This document shows, in pieces, positions 10,699 to 20,066 of a stretch of 64,000 nt of DNA. Positions within the stretch are counted from its first letter, which is position 1. The number at the start of each line of letters is the position of its first letter. The notes under the pieces are model-generated. The model worked only from the letters and a program-made list of their open reading frames with translations, had not been told where the DNA came from and searched no databases. Location of the stretch: contig DXZA01000081.1 of the NCBI GenBank assembly GCA_019415525.1, forward strand, positions 17,882-81,881, given 5' to 3'. Made by a program: the position numbers and the translations under genes. The DNA comes from Tyzzerella sp. (GTDB taxonomy: Bacteria > Bacillota > Clostridia > Lachnospirales > Anaerotignaceae).

Positions 10699-12363
10699 AT
10701 GAAAAAAATTATAACAATTCTGCTTACACTTATAATGATTATTTCATCATTTACAATAAATGTTTTTGCAGAACCAAATTCTAAAGAAATGAGGGCTGTA
10801 TGGATTACAACAGTATATAATTCAGATTTTCCTTCAACAGCAACAAAAGGAAATGCAGAAGCACAAAAACAAGAATTTATTACAAAACTTGATACTTTAA
10901 AATCAGCAGGTATAAACACTATTATTTTACAAGTGCGTCCTAAAGGTGATGCTCTTTATCAATCAAATATAAATCCTTGGTCTGATGTTTTAACAGGTAC
11001 ACAAGGACTTTATCCAGGATATGACCCACTTCAATTCGCTATTGAAGAAGCTCATAAAAGAGGTATGGAACTTCACGCTTGGCTTAATCCATATAGGGTA
11101 ACAACTTGGGGAACTGATACTTCTGTACTTAGTGCAAATCACCCTGCAAGACTTCACCCCGAATGGCTTATAGAGTATAATTCAGCACTTTATTATAATC
11201 CAGACCTTACAGAGGTAAAAGAACATATTAAAGCAACTGTTGCAGAAATAGTACAAAATTATAATGTTGACGGAATACATTTTGATGATTATTTTTATCC
11301 TGCAAACTACCCTCTTCCAGAAGGTGAAACACGTGACGGTGCTGTTGCAAATGCAAGAAGACAAAATGTTGATGAAATGGTTTCTATGGTATATAACACT
11401 ATAAAATCCATTAAACCGTCAGTTGATTTTGGAATAAGCCCAACAGGAATATGGAAAAATAATACATCTGACCCAACAGGTTCAGCTACAAAGGGACAGG
11501 AGTGTTATTATTCAGTATTTTCAGATGTACGTTCTTGGATAAAATCAGGAACAGTTGATTATATTGTTCCTCAAATTTATTGGGAAACAGGAAATAGTGC
11601 TGCTGACTATGAAACACTTGTTAAATGGTGGTCTAATGAAGTAAGTGGAACTAATATAAATCTTTATATTGGTCAAGCAATTTATAAAGATGTTGTTGCA
11701 TCTCAAATTGATACACAACTTAAAATTAATGAAAAATATCCACAGGTAAGTGGTAGTTTCTTCTTCTCTGGAAAAGATATATTTGAAAACAGACAAGGTT
11801 GTAAAGATAAAATAACTAATTATTATAGTAGTTCATCAACAAATACAACAACACCTGACAATACAGTAACAGAAACTCCAAACACAACACCTGATAATAA
11901 TACTGTTGTAGAAACTCCAACAATAGATGAAAAACCTTCTATTGAAATAAAAACAGTAACTTCTTTACCTACAACTGATACTGTTATGGTAAATGGTATT
12001 CCTATGATTTTTGAATCATATAATATTGATGGTTATAATTATTTCAAACTTAGAGATATTGCTGTTGCATTAAACGGCACAACAAGCCAGTTTGCTGTTA
12101 ATTGGGATAGTGAAAAATCTGCAATAAATATTATAACATCATCTAAATATGAAACTGTTGGAAATGAACTTCAACTTGGTAACGGTGAAGCCAAAACTGC
12201 TGTTACATCAATAGATAATCTTTATATAAATGGAAAATATGTATATCTTGACACATATAAAATAGAAGGAAATAATTTTTATAAATTAAGAGATTTAGGT
12301 TCAAACATTGGGTTTAATGTTGAATGGAACGAAAGTGGCATAATAAATATAAATTCAAAATAA
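10699..12363 (+). CDS. secreted glycoside hydrolase-like 10 (YngK/DUF187 family) protein with a Thr/Pro linker and two C-terminal repeat domains
   Basis: Signal peptide followed by EMRAVWITTV...GIHFDDYFYP, as in the GHL10 family. A TTPDN(T)V(V)ETP tandem linker lies near 11846-11920. Two C-terminal copies of a motif like GYNYFKLRD..., resembling copper amine oxidase N-terminal-like repeats. Confidence 0.8.
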   Translation: MKKIITILLTLIMIISSFTINVFAEPNSKEMRAVWITTVYNSDFPSTATKGNAEAQKQEFITKLDTLKSAGINTIILQVRPKGDALYQSNINPWSDVLTGTQGLYPGYDPLQFAIEEAHKRGMELHAWLNPYRVTTWGTDTSVLSANHPARLHPEWLIEYNSALYYNPDLTEVKEHIKATVAEIVQNYNVDGIHFDDYFYPANYPLPEGETRDGAVANARRQNVDEMVSMVYNTIKSIKPSVDFGISPTGIWKNNTSDPTGSATKGQECYYSVFSDVRSWIKSGTVDYIVPQIYWETGNSAADYETLVKWWSNEVSGTNINLYIGQAIYKDVVASQIDTQLKINEKYPQVSGSFFFSGKDIFENRQGCKDKITNYYSSSSTNTTTPDNTVTETPNTTPDNNTVVETPTIDEKPSIEIKTVTSLPTTDTVMVNGIPMIFESYNIDGYNYFKLRDIAVALNGTTSQFAVNWDSEKSAINIITSSKYETVGNELQLGNGEAKTAVTSIDNLYINGKYVYLDTYKIEGNNFYKLRDLGSNIGFNVEWNESGIININSK

Positions 12364-12366
12364 CAG

Positions 12367-12397
12367 AAAAAGGTTCGGAATTCTCCGAACCTTAATT
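12367..12397. terminator. bidirectional intrinsic terminator (GHL10 gene / nspC)
   Basis: AAGGTTCGGA-attc-TCCGAACCTT is a 10-bp stem, with a U-run on the minus-strand side. Confidence 0.8.
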
Positions 12398-12401
12398 TAT
12401 A

Positions 12402-13523
12402 TTAAAGTCTACATTTAAAATCATTATAATCAAATGATTTTATAATATGAAAAGTACCATCTGTTTTTTCAAGTACTATTTGAGGAAGTGGCATACCATT
12501 AAATGTATTTGTTTTTACCATAGTGTAAAGTGCCATATCTTCAAATATAACCTTATCACCTTCGTTTAAAGGCTTATCAAAAGAATAATCTCCCATAACA
12601 TCACCAGCAAGACAAGTGCCTCCAGCAAATCTATATGTATATTTCTTTTCTTGTGGTTTACCACTATTTTTTACAGGTGGTCTATATGGCATTTCTATTA
12701 CATCTGGCATATGACAAGCAGCAGATGTATCAAGTATTGCAATATCAATACCATTATTAACTATTTCAAGAACTTCAGAAATAAGATACCCTGAATTTAA
12801 TACAACAGCTTCTCCAGGTTCAAGATATACTTCAACATCATATTTTTCTCTTAAATATTTTACAATATTAATGAGAAGTTCTCTATCATAATCATCTCTT
12901 GTAATATGATGACCACCACCAAGATTGAGCCATTTAAGACCTTTTATATACTTACCGAATTTTTCTTCAAAAGCATCTACTGTTGTTTTAAGGTCATCAG
13001 AATTTTGTTCACAAAGTGTATGAAAATGGAGTCCATCTATAATATCAAGTACTTTTTCATCAAAATTATTTATTGTTGTTCCAAGTCTTGAACCAAAAGC
13101 ACAAGGGTCATATATTTCATGTCCTTCTTGTGTAGAACACTCCGGATTTACTCTAAGACCTATTGATTTTCCAATATTTTTTGCTTTTTGTCCATATTTT
13201 TCAACTTGTTTACAAGAATTAAATACTATATGGTCAGCATATTTTAATATTTCATCAAATTCATCTGCTCTGTATGCTGGAGAAAAAACGTGAGTTTCTC
13301 CTCCAAATTCCTCTGCTCCAAGTTTTGCCTCATAAAGTCCACTTGCTGTTGAACCATAAAGATACTTACTTATAAGAGGATATACAGAGTACATTGAAAA
13401 AGCCTTTTGTGCAAGAAGTATTTTTGCTCCTGATTTTTCTGAAACATATTTTAATATTTCAAGATTTTTAATAAGTTTATTTTCATCTACCAAAAAATAT
13501 GGTGTTCTAATTTCTTTATTCAT
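12402..13523 (-). CDS. nspC: carboxynorspermidine/carboxyspermidine decarboxylase
   Basis: 373 aa of the PLP-dependent group IV decarboxylase-like family. The N-terminus TPYFLVDENKL and overall length are typical of NspC/CANSDC. Confidence 0.85.
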   Translation of the reverse strand: MNKEIRTPYFLVDENKLIKNLEILKYVSEKSGAKILLAQKAFSMYSVYPLISKYLYGSTASGLYEAKLGAEEFGGETHVFSPAYRADEFDEILKYADHIVFNSCKQVEKYGQKAKNIGKSIGLRVNPECSTQEGHEIYDPCAFGSRLGTTINNFDEKVLDIIDGLHFHTLCEQNSDDLKTTVDAFEEKFGKYIKGLKWLNLGGGHHITRDDYDRELLINIVKYLREKYDVEVYLEPGEAVVLNSGYLISEVLEIVNNGIDIAILDTSAACHMPDVIEMPYRPPVKNSGKPQEKKYTYRFAGGTCLAGDVMGDYSFDKPLNEGDKVIFEDMALYTMVKTNTFNGMPLPQIVLEKTDGTFHIIKSFDYNDFKCRL

Positions 13524-14725
13524 TAGTCTACAAGCTCCGGATTAAATGATTCTTTCCAAGGAAGTCCCCATTTGTTTAATGCTTCCATAAATGGGTCTGG
13601 GTCAAGTTCTTCAAGGTTATATACACCCGGTTTGTTCCAAAGACCTTTAAGTACAAGCATTGTTCCTATCATAGCAGGCACACCTGTTGTATATGATATA
13701 GCCTGTGAACCAAGTTCTTTATAGCATTCCTGATGGTCACATACATTATAAAGATAGTATGTTTTTTCTTTTCCATCTTTTTTACCTTGGAATATACAAC
13801 CTATATTTGTTTTACCTACTGTACGTGGTCCTAAAGAAGCTGGGTCTGGAAGAACAGCTTTTAAGAACTGGAGAGGTATTATTTCCTTCCCTTCAAACAT
13901 AATAGGTTCTATTGATGTCATACCTACATTTTCAAGACATTTAAGGTGTGTAAGATAGCTCTGTCCAAATGTCATAAAGAAACGAATTCTTTTTATTCCA
14001 GGAATATTAATAGCAAGTGACTCTATTTCTTCATGGTGAAGAAGATACATATCTTTTTCACCTACTTCATCAAAGTTATATACTCTTTTTATTTCCATTG
14101 GTTCTGTTTCTACCCAGTGACCATCTTCCCAATATGAACCTTTTGCAGATACTTCACGAATATTTATTTCAGGGTTGAAATTTGTTGCAAATGGATAACC
14201 ATGGTCACCACCATTACAGTCAAGAATATCTATGTAATTTATTTCATCAAAATGATGTTTAAGTGCATAAGCAGAGAATACACTTGTTACACCAGGGTCA
14301 AAACCACTGCCAAGAATAGCTGTTATACCTGCTTCTTTAAATCTTTCACGATATGCCCATTGCCAGCTATATTCAAATTTTGCTGTATCTTTAGGTTCAT
14401 AATTTGCTGTGTCAATATAATGTGTCTTTGTTGCAAGACAAGCGTCCATTATTGTAAGGTCTTGATATGGAAGTGCAAGATTTAAAACAGCGTCTGGTTT
14501 ATATTCATTTATTAAAGCTATAATATCATATGTATTATCAGCATCAAGCTGTGCTGTTGTTATTTTTGTTTTTGTTGTGTTTTCGATTTTTGCTTTTAAT
14601 GCATCACATTTTGATACTGTACGACTTGCGATACATATTTCTTCAAAAACTTCACTATTCTGACAACATTTCTGAATTGCAACAGAGGCAACGCCTCCAC
14701 AACCAATTATTAAAACTCTACCCAT
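13523..14725 (-). CDS. carboxynorspermidine/carboxyspermidine dehydrogenase (saccharopine dehydrogenase family)
   Basis: 400 aa with a Rossmann N-terminus VLIIGCGGVA. Saccharopine-dehydrogenase-like, and it overlaps nspC by 1 nt. Confidence 0.85.
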   Translation of the reverse strand: MGRVLIIGCGGVASVAIQKCCQNSEVFEEICIASRTVSKCDALKAKIENTTKTKITTAQLDADNTYDIIALINEYKPDAVLNLALPYQDLTIMDACLATKTHYIDTANYEPKDTAKFEYSWQWAYRERFKEAGITAILGSGFDPGVTSVFSAYALKHHFDEINYIDILDCNGGDHGYPFATNFNPEINIREVSAKGSYWEDGHWVETEPMEIKRVYNFDEVGEKDMYLLHHEEIESLAINIPGIKRIRFFMTFGQSYLTHLKCLENVGMTSIEPIMFEGKEIIPLQFLKAVLPDPASLGPRTVGKTNIGCIFQGKKDGKEKTYYLYNVCDHQECYKELGSQAISYTTGVPAMIGTMLVLKGLWNKPGVYNLEELDPDPFMEALNKWGLPWKESFNPELVD

Positions 14726-14752
14726 TTTTAAAATCCTCCTAAAATATAAATT

Positions 14753-15604
14753 TTATTTAATTGCAAGAAGCATTTCTCTTACTATTTTACAAGCTACTGC
14801 TGTTGATGCACCACTTTGGTCGTAATGAGGACTTAACTCATTTACATCACAGCCAACTATATTACAATTAGAACATACAAGAGTTACTGCTTTTCTAAGT
14901 GTATCAAAATCAACTCCACCGGCTTCCGGTGTTCCTGTACCTGGAAATACAGAAGGGTCTAAAACATCAAGGTCTACTGTAAAATATACAGGTTTTCCAT
15001 CTAACTTTTTAACAACTTCTTCAAGTGTATCAAAATTAAATTTATTTGTTATTACATGTTCACTACCCCAACGAAATTCTTCTCTATCTCCTGAACGTAT
15101 ACCAAACTGATATATTTTACTGTCACCAATAATGTCCCAACATCTTCTTATTACACAAGCATGAGAAAGTTCAGCTCCAAGGTAATCACTTCTAAGGTCT
15201 GCATGAGCATCAAAATGTATTATATGAACATCTTCATATTTTTTTGAAACTGCTCTAAAAGCACCAAGTGTTACAAGATGTTCTCCACCAATCATAAAAG
15301 GTATTTTTTTATCATTAAGTATTGTTTCTGTTCTTTCTTCTATATCAGCAAGTGCATTTTCAGTAATACCAAATGAAAGCTCTAAATCACCACTATCAAA
15401 AATATTTTTGTCTAATAAATCTTTATCTTGATATGGGCTATAACTTTCAAGACCAAAAGACTCATGTCTTATAGCACTACTACCAAATCTTGTTCCTGGA
15501 CGAAATGATGTTGTTGAGTCAAAAGGTGCTCCAAAAAGCACAATATCAGCATCATTATAGTCACAATCACAAGCAAGGAATGTTTCTATATTTCTATTCA
15601 ACAT
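14753..15604 (-). CDS. speB: agmatinase (ureohydrolase family)
   Basis: Mn-binding motifs GGEHLVT, HFDAHADLR and DLDVLDP. Confidence 0.9.
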   Translation of the reverse strand: MLNRNIETFLACDCDYNDADIVLFGAPFDSTTSFRPGTRFGSSAIRHESFGLESYSPYQDKDLLDKNIFDSGDLELSFGITENALADIEERTETILNDKKIPFMIGGEHLVTLGAFRAVSKKYEDVHIIHFDAHADLRSDYLGAELSHACVIRRCWDIIGDSKIYQFGIRSGDREEFRWGSEHVITNKFNFDTLEEVVKKLDGKPVYFTVDLDVLDPSVFPGTGTPEAGGVDFDTLRKAVTLVCSNCNIVGCDVNELSPHYDQSGASTAVACKIVREMLLAIK

Positions 15605-16445
15605 CTTTAAGCATCTCCTCTACATATGCAGGTATATAAAAAGCTCCTTTATGAAGCATTGTTGTATAATATCTACATGGAAAATTATTTTTATTCCATT
15701 TTTCTTCGTTTAAGTCTTTAAGTGGGTGATATTTTTTTGAGGCAAATCCAAAAAGCCAATGTCCTGAAGGATATGTAGGTATATGTGCTTGATATACTCT
15801 ACTTATAGGAAATGACTCTACAATTCTTTTATGAGCTCTTTGCATAGCAAGTGCATCTTCATCATAGAAAGGACTTTCATGCTGATTTACCATAATACCA
15901 TCATCTTTCAACGCTTTATAACAGTTACCATAAAATTCTTTTGTAAAAAGACCTTCTCCTGGACCAAAAGGGTCTGTGGAATCTACTATTATAAGGTCAT
16001 ATTCATTTTTACAAGAACGTATAAATCTTAATCCATCTTCATAATATATGTTCAAACGTTCATCAGCAAATCCACAGGCTGTTTTAGGTAAATACTCTTT
16101 ACACACTCTTACAACCTCTTCATCAATTTCAACCATATCAATTTTTTCTATTTCTTTATATCTGGCAAGCTCTCTTATTACACCACCATCACCTGCACCT
16201 ATTACAAGTACATTTTTAACATTTGGGTGAACTGCCATAGGAACATGAGTTATCATTTCATGATATATAAACTCATCTTTTTCAGTAAGCATCATATATC
16301 CATCAAGAGTTAAAAATCTTCCAAACTCTAGAGATTCAAAAACATCTATTCTTTGGAAATCACTTTGTGTACTAAAAAGTTGTTTATCAACTCTTATAGA
16401 TATTTTTACATTTGGAGTGTGTTTCTCCGAAAACCAAAAATCCAT
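15594..16445 (-). CDS. speE: spermidine synthase (aminopropyltransferase)
   Basis: N-terminal tetramerisation region (WFSE) and VLVIGAGDGGVIRE motif. Overlaps speB by 11 nt. Confidence 0.92.
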   Translation of the reverse strand: MDFWFSEKHTPNVKISIRVDKQLFSTQSDFQRIDVFESLEFGRFLTLDGYMMLTEKDEFIYHEMITHVPMAVHPNVKNVLVIGAGDGGVIRELARYKEIEKIDMVEIDEEVVRVCKEYLPKTACGFADERLNIYYEDGLRFIRSCKNEYDLIIVDSTDPFGPGEGLFTKEFYGNCYKALKDDGIMVNQHESPFYDEDALAMQRAHKRIVESFPISRVYQAHIPTYPSGHWLFGFASKKYHPLKDLNEEKWNKNNFPCRYYTTMLHKGAFYIPAYVEEMLKDVE

Positions 16446-16446
16446 A

Positions 16447-17904
16447 TTAAAACTCTCCTTTCAGCACATTAAGTCGTTCAATATATGGGTCTTCTGTACC
16501 AGTCATTGAACAGCCCATTTCTTTAGCACATTTTATATATTCAAGTATTTCATCTGTTATACGCTCTCCCGGTGCAAGTATAGGAATACCTGGAGGATAG
16601 CACATAACAAATTCACTACATATTCTATCTTTAGCTTCTTCAATAGGTACTGATTCTTTATCTGCATAAAAAGCAATATTAGGTGACATTTCAACAACTG
16701 GTGAAATATATTCCGGAACTGTAAAATCCATTTTAGATTTTGAATGAACTCTTTTTATTTCTGACATAGCACTTACAAGACGTTCAACTTCTCTTTCTCT
16801 ATCTCCTATTGAAATATATGCCAATATATTACCTAAATCTCCAAATTCAATTTGTATATCATATTCATCTCTTAAAAGGTCATAAACTTCTATACCTGCA
16901 AGACCTATATCAAGTGTAAATACTGAAAGTTTTGTTCTATCAAAATCATATATGCTATCACCGTTTATAAGTTCATCAGAATATGCATAATATCCACCTA
17001 TTTTATTAATCTCTTTTCTTGCGTATTCTGCTATTTCCACAACTCTTTTAAAGTTTTCTTTTCCTCTAAGTGCAAGATTTCTTCTTGAAATATCAAGACT
17101 TGAAAGCAAAAGATAAGAACCACTTGTCGTTTGAGTAAGATTTATAATCTGTCTTATATATCCTTCGGAAACAGTATTTTTTGCAAGCAATAATGAGCTT
17201 TGTGTAAGACTTCCTCCGGATTTATGCATAGATACTGCTGCCATATCAGCTCCGGCTGCCATTGCTGATATAGGTAAATTTTCTCCAAAATATAAATGTG
17301 TTCCATGTGCCTCGTCAGCAATACAAAGCATATTATTTTTGTGAGCAATATCAACAATAGCTTTTAAATTTGAACATATACCATAATATGTAGGATTATT
17401 TACAAGGACAGCTTTTGCTTCCGGATTTTCTTTTATTGCTTTTTCAACCTCAGAAACTTTCATTCCAAGTGGTATTCCAAGTCTTTTATCACATTCAGGA
17501 TTTACATATACAGGTACTGCCCCGCAAAGTACAAGTGCACCTATAACACTTCTATGAACATTTCTAGGAAGTATTATTTTTTCACCTTTTTTTACAACAG
17601 AAAGTATCATACTTTGTACTGCTGATGTTGTTCCTCCAACCATCAAAAATGCATGGTCAGCACCAAAAGCCTCTGCTGCAAGAACTTCTGCATCACGAAT
17701 AACAGATACAGGGTGACAAAGATTATCAAGGCATTTCATAGAGTTAACATCTATACCTACACATTTTTCTCCTAAAAGTTTAACAAGTTCAGGGTTTCCT
17801 CTACCTCTCTTATGACCTGGAACATCAAATGGTACTATTCTTTTTTTTCTGAATTCTTCAAGCGCTTCATAAATAGGAGCATTTTTTTGAGATAATTTAT
17901 TCAA
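16447..17904 (-). CDS. speA: Orn/Lys/Arg decarboxylase family enzyme, probable arginine decarboxylase
   Basis: 485 aa with PLP-lysine context SMHKSGGSLTQSS. Size and context match Bacillus-type SpeA. Confidence 0.85.
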   Translation of the reverse strand: MNKLSQKNAPIYEALEEFRKKRIVPFDVPGHKRGRGNPELVKLLGEKCVGIDVNSMKCLDNLCHPVSVIRDAEVLAAEAFGADHAFLMVGGTTSAVQSMILSVVKKGEKIILPRNVHRSVIGALVLCGAVPVYVNPECDKRLGIPLGMKVSEVEKAIKENPEAKAVLVNNPTYYGICSNLKAIVDIAHKNNMLCIADEAHGTHLYFGENLPISAMAAGADMAAVSMHKSGGSLTQSSLLLAKNTVSEGYIRQIINLTQTTSGSYLLLSSLDISRRNLALRGKENFKRVVEIAEYARKEINKIGGYYAYSDELINGDSIYDFDRTKLSVFTLDIGLAGIEVYDLLRDEYDIQIEFGDLGNILAYISIGDREREVERLVSAMSEIKRVHSKSKMDFTVPEYISPVVEMSPNIAFYADKESVPIEEAKDRICSEFVMCYPPGIPILAPGERITDEILEYIKCAKEMGCSMTGTEDPYIERLNVLKGEF

Positions 17905-17924
17905 AGCTATCCCCCCTTACAGCT

Positions 17925-18683
17925 TTAAAATATATTTTTACCATTAAAGATTTCTATCATTTCTTGCCTAAGACTATTCATTATAGAAAGTCTTGTTCTT
18001 GGTGGCAATTCATATACATCTGTATTAAAAAGATAATTTTGTAAATCAATATCTTTAATAAGCATTTTTGTATGGAACAGATTTGCACTATAAACATTTA
18101 TATCAACAGAATCATATCTTTCAAGAGTTTCTTCTGCAATATAATCCTGTATTGATGTTATTTTATGGTCCATAAAAAGTTTTTTTCCTGATACATCTCT
18201 TGTAAAACCTCTTACTCTATAATCCATTGTTATAATATCAGAGTCAAAAGAACCTATTAAAAAATCAAGAGTTGAAAGAGGTGTAATTTGACCACAAGTA
18301 GCTATATCTATATCAACCCTAAATGTAGCAATACAAGTTTCTGGGTGATACTCAGGATATGTATGTACAGTTATATGACTTTTATCAAGATGTCCAAGCT
18401 GTACCTCACCACTTGGAACCATTGAGTCCTCAGCAATAAGTATTGTTACTGATGCTCCCTGTGGTTCATAGTCTTGTCTTGAAACATTAAGTACTGTTGC
18501 ACCTATCATATCTGCAAGACTTGTAAGAATATTTGTAAGACGTTCTGAATTATACTGTTCATCTATATATGCAATATAATCTTTTTGCTCTCTTGGTGTT
18601 TTAGCATAACATACATCATAAATATTAAAACTGAGAGCTTTTGTAAGGTTATTAAATCCATAAAGTTTTAACTTCTGCTCCAT
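17925..18683 (-). CDS. speD: S-adenosylmethionine decarboxylase proenzyme (E. coli-type, class 1A)
   Basis: [16 protein letters not shown]-terminus, with a self-cleavage context [14 protein letters not shown]. Confidence 0.9.
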   Translation of the reverse strand: MEQKLKLYGFNNLTKALSFNIYDVCYAKTPREQKDYIAYIDEQYNSERLTNILTSLADMIGATVLNVSRQDYEPQGASVTILIAEDSMVPSGEVQLGHLDKSHITVHTYPEYHPETCIATFRVDIDIATCGQITPLSTLDFLIGSFDSDIITMDYRVRGFTRDVSGKKLFMDHKITSIQDYIAEETLERYDSVDINVYSANLFHTKMLIKDIDLQNYLFNTDVYELPPRTRLSIMNSLRQEMIEIFNGKNIF

Positions 18684-18715
18684 AGCTATATTTCTTCCTT
18701 TTCTTTATTTGTGCA

Positions 18716-18758
18716 CAAAAAAACGCAAACAATGTAACTACACTCACATTGCTTGCGT
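18716..18758 (-). terminator. intrinsic terminator inside the speD 5' leader (attenuator)
   Basis: On minus-strand RNA, ACGCAAGCAAUGU pairs with ACAUUGUUUGCGU in a 13-bp stem with one G-U pair, followed by U7. It ends about 33 nt before the speD ATG. Confidence 0.75.
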
Positions 18759-19088
18759 CATAATATCCGAATTTATATACAGAATGATAAAGCACATAAT
18801 ATGCCTATGTTTATTTATATATATGATTACAGATAAATTAAGTAGAGTCTATATAGCAAATATCTTACTTTTACTACTCTTATTGACCGTTTCACAAGTT
18901 TGTGTCGTTTCACACCGGTTATAAAGGAACCAACTTATAAAATTTGAGCTTCTAACTCAATCAATAAGGCAACGAAAGTTACCAAGTTTATCGGCTTTCG
19001 ACCCGGCTGTCCGTATGGCCATTTCCCCATATACATAGGGCGGTCGACAATATTTGCACAAAGATTTCTAAAAAATTCATCTTCATAC
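18759..19088 (-). promoter_or_regulatory. long structured 5' leader of the polyamine operon (unclassified cis-regulatory RNA candidate)
   Basis: A GC-rich island at about 18960-19060 carries several short GC hairpins. Two UGUGAAACG copies lie 18 nt apart. The region sits between a good promoter and the attenuator terminator. Confidence 0.5.
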
Positions 19089-19094
19089 GAAAGA

Positions 19095-19123
19095 ATAGTA
19101 ACATATGGAAAACCATAAGTCAA
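19095..19123 (-). promoter_or_regulatory. sigma-A-type promoter of the polyamine operon
   Basis: TTGACT (19118-19123), 17 nt, TACTAT (19095-19100) on the minus strand. Confidence 0.6.
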
Positions 19124-19171
19124 CAATTTTTTTATATATAAAATTTTTTGTTAAAGATAGTGAAATTTATT

Positions 19172-20050
19172 TTAGTATTGACTTACAAAATGTTGTAAAA
19201 TACTAAACTTTATTTTTTCTGCATATTCATATGGTATTTTTAAATTTCCCATACCTACACCAAGTTTAATATCAGGTTTATAACTACCATGAAAATCACT
19301 TCCACCACTTATTAATAAATCAAGCTTTTTAGCAATTTTCTTTATATTTCTTTCTTGTTCAGTAGAATATGTTGAATACTCACTTTCTACTCCCACAAGT
19401 CCCAATTCTTTAAGATGTTTCAAAGCTTTTTCTATTTGTTCATAACTCATTTTATAAAGTGTTGGATGTGCAAGAAAAGCTGCTCCACCTGCATTTTTTA
19501 TAGCATCTATACAAACTTTAGGTGTAACAAATTCTCTTCTTACATATCCAGCTTTCCCAGGTGAAAGAAAATAAGAAAAAGCTTCATTTTTTGACTTAAC
19601 ATATCCTTTTTTCTGTAAAACATTTGCAAAATGGGCTCTTGTAATTATCTCTCCACCTGCATCTTCATTTACATCTTCAATGGTAATATCAATACCTATT
19701 TTTCTTAATTTTTCAACCATAAGTATATTTCTATTTTCTCGTGCTTCTGTAATGGATTTTAAAACTTCTTTAAATTTTTTATTTTTATGGTCAATAAAAT
19801 ATCCCAGTATATGAATTTCTAATTCTGTATCAGTATCATATAAAGCCGCAAATTCAATACCTTTTATAACTTCAATATTATATTTTTCTCCTGCTTTTAA
19901 AGCTTCATCAATACCATCTGTTGTGTCATGGTCTGTAATTGCAATAGCTTTTAATCCACTTTCTTTTGCAAGTTTAATAATTTCTGTTGGGGTAAGGCTA
20001 CCATCAGAAGCTGTTGTATGACAATGCATATCAATTAAATAATTACTCAT
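19172..20050 (-). CDS. PHP-domain metal-dependent phosphoesterase (TrpH/YciV family)
   Basis: N-terminal DMHCHTTASDG and ITDHDT PHP motifs, 292 aa. Confidence 0.85.
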   Translation of the reverse strand: MSNYLIDMHCHTTASDGSLTPTEIIKLAKESGLKAIAITDHDTTDGIDEALKAGEKYNIEVIKGIEFAALYDTDTELEIHILGYFIDHKNKKFKEVLKSITEARENRNILMVEKLRKIGIDITIEDVNEDAGGEIITRAHFANVLQKKGYVKSKNEAFSYFLSPGKAGYVRREFVTPKVCIDAIKNAGGAAFLAHPTLYKMSYEQIEKALKHLKELGLVGVESEYSTYSTEQERNIKKIAKKLDLLISGGSDFHGSYKPDIKLGVGMGNLKIPYEYAEKIKFSILQHFVSQY

Positions 20051-20066
20051 ATAATCACTCTTTTCT

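Noticed and set aside
11846-11920. Imperfect tandem DNA repeat (about 36 nt, two copies).
   Set aside because: It encodes the Thr/Pro-rich linker (TTPDNTVTETPN / TTPDNNTVVETPT) of the secreted GHL10 protein. It is not a CRISPR array or a regulatory repeat.
18900-19060. Whether the GC-rich island is tmRNA, SRP RNA, RNase P RNA, or a SAM-I, lysine, guanidine-I or T-box element.
   Set aside because: There is no tRNA-like 3' end and no tag ORF ending in ALAA. I found no GGUCCGGAAGGAAGCAGC-like SRP motif, no GAGGAAAGUCC RNase P motif and no T-box GGGUGGUACCGCG sequence. The remembered riboswitch cores do not align either. Only a covariance-model search can settle this.
18988-19086. 32-codon ORF (MKMNFLEIFVQILSTALCIWGNGHTDSRVESR) beginning about 2 nt after the predicted TSS of the polyamine operon.
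   Set aside because: I did not call it as a CDS. It has no SD and would need leaderless translation, and I cannot assess conservation. It is kept only as an alternative mechanism within the leader finding.
18935-19126. 63-aa minus-strand ORF covering the GC-rich island upstream of speD.
   Set aside because: Its start lies upstream of the -35 element of the only good promoter. It has no RBS, and the region looks like structured RNA rather than coding sequence.
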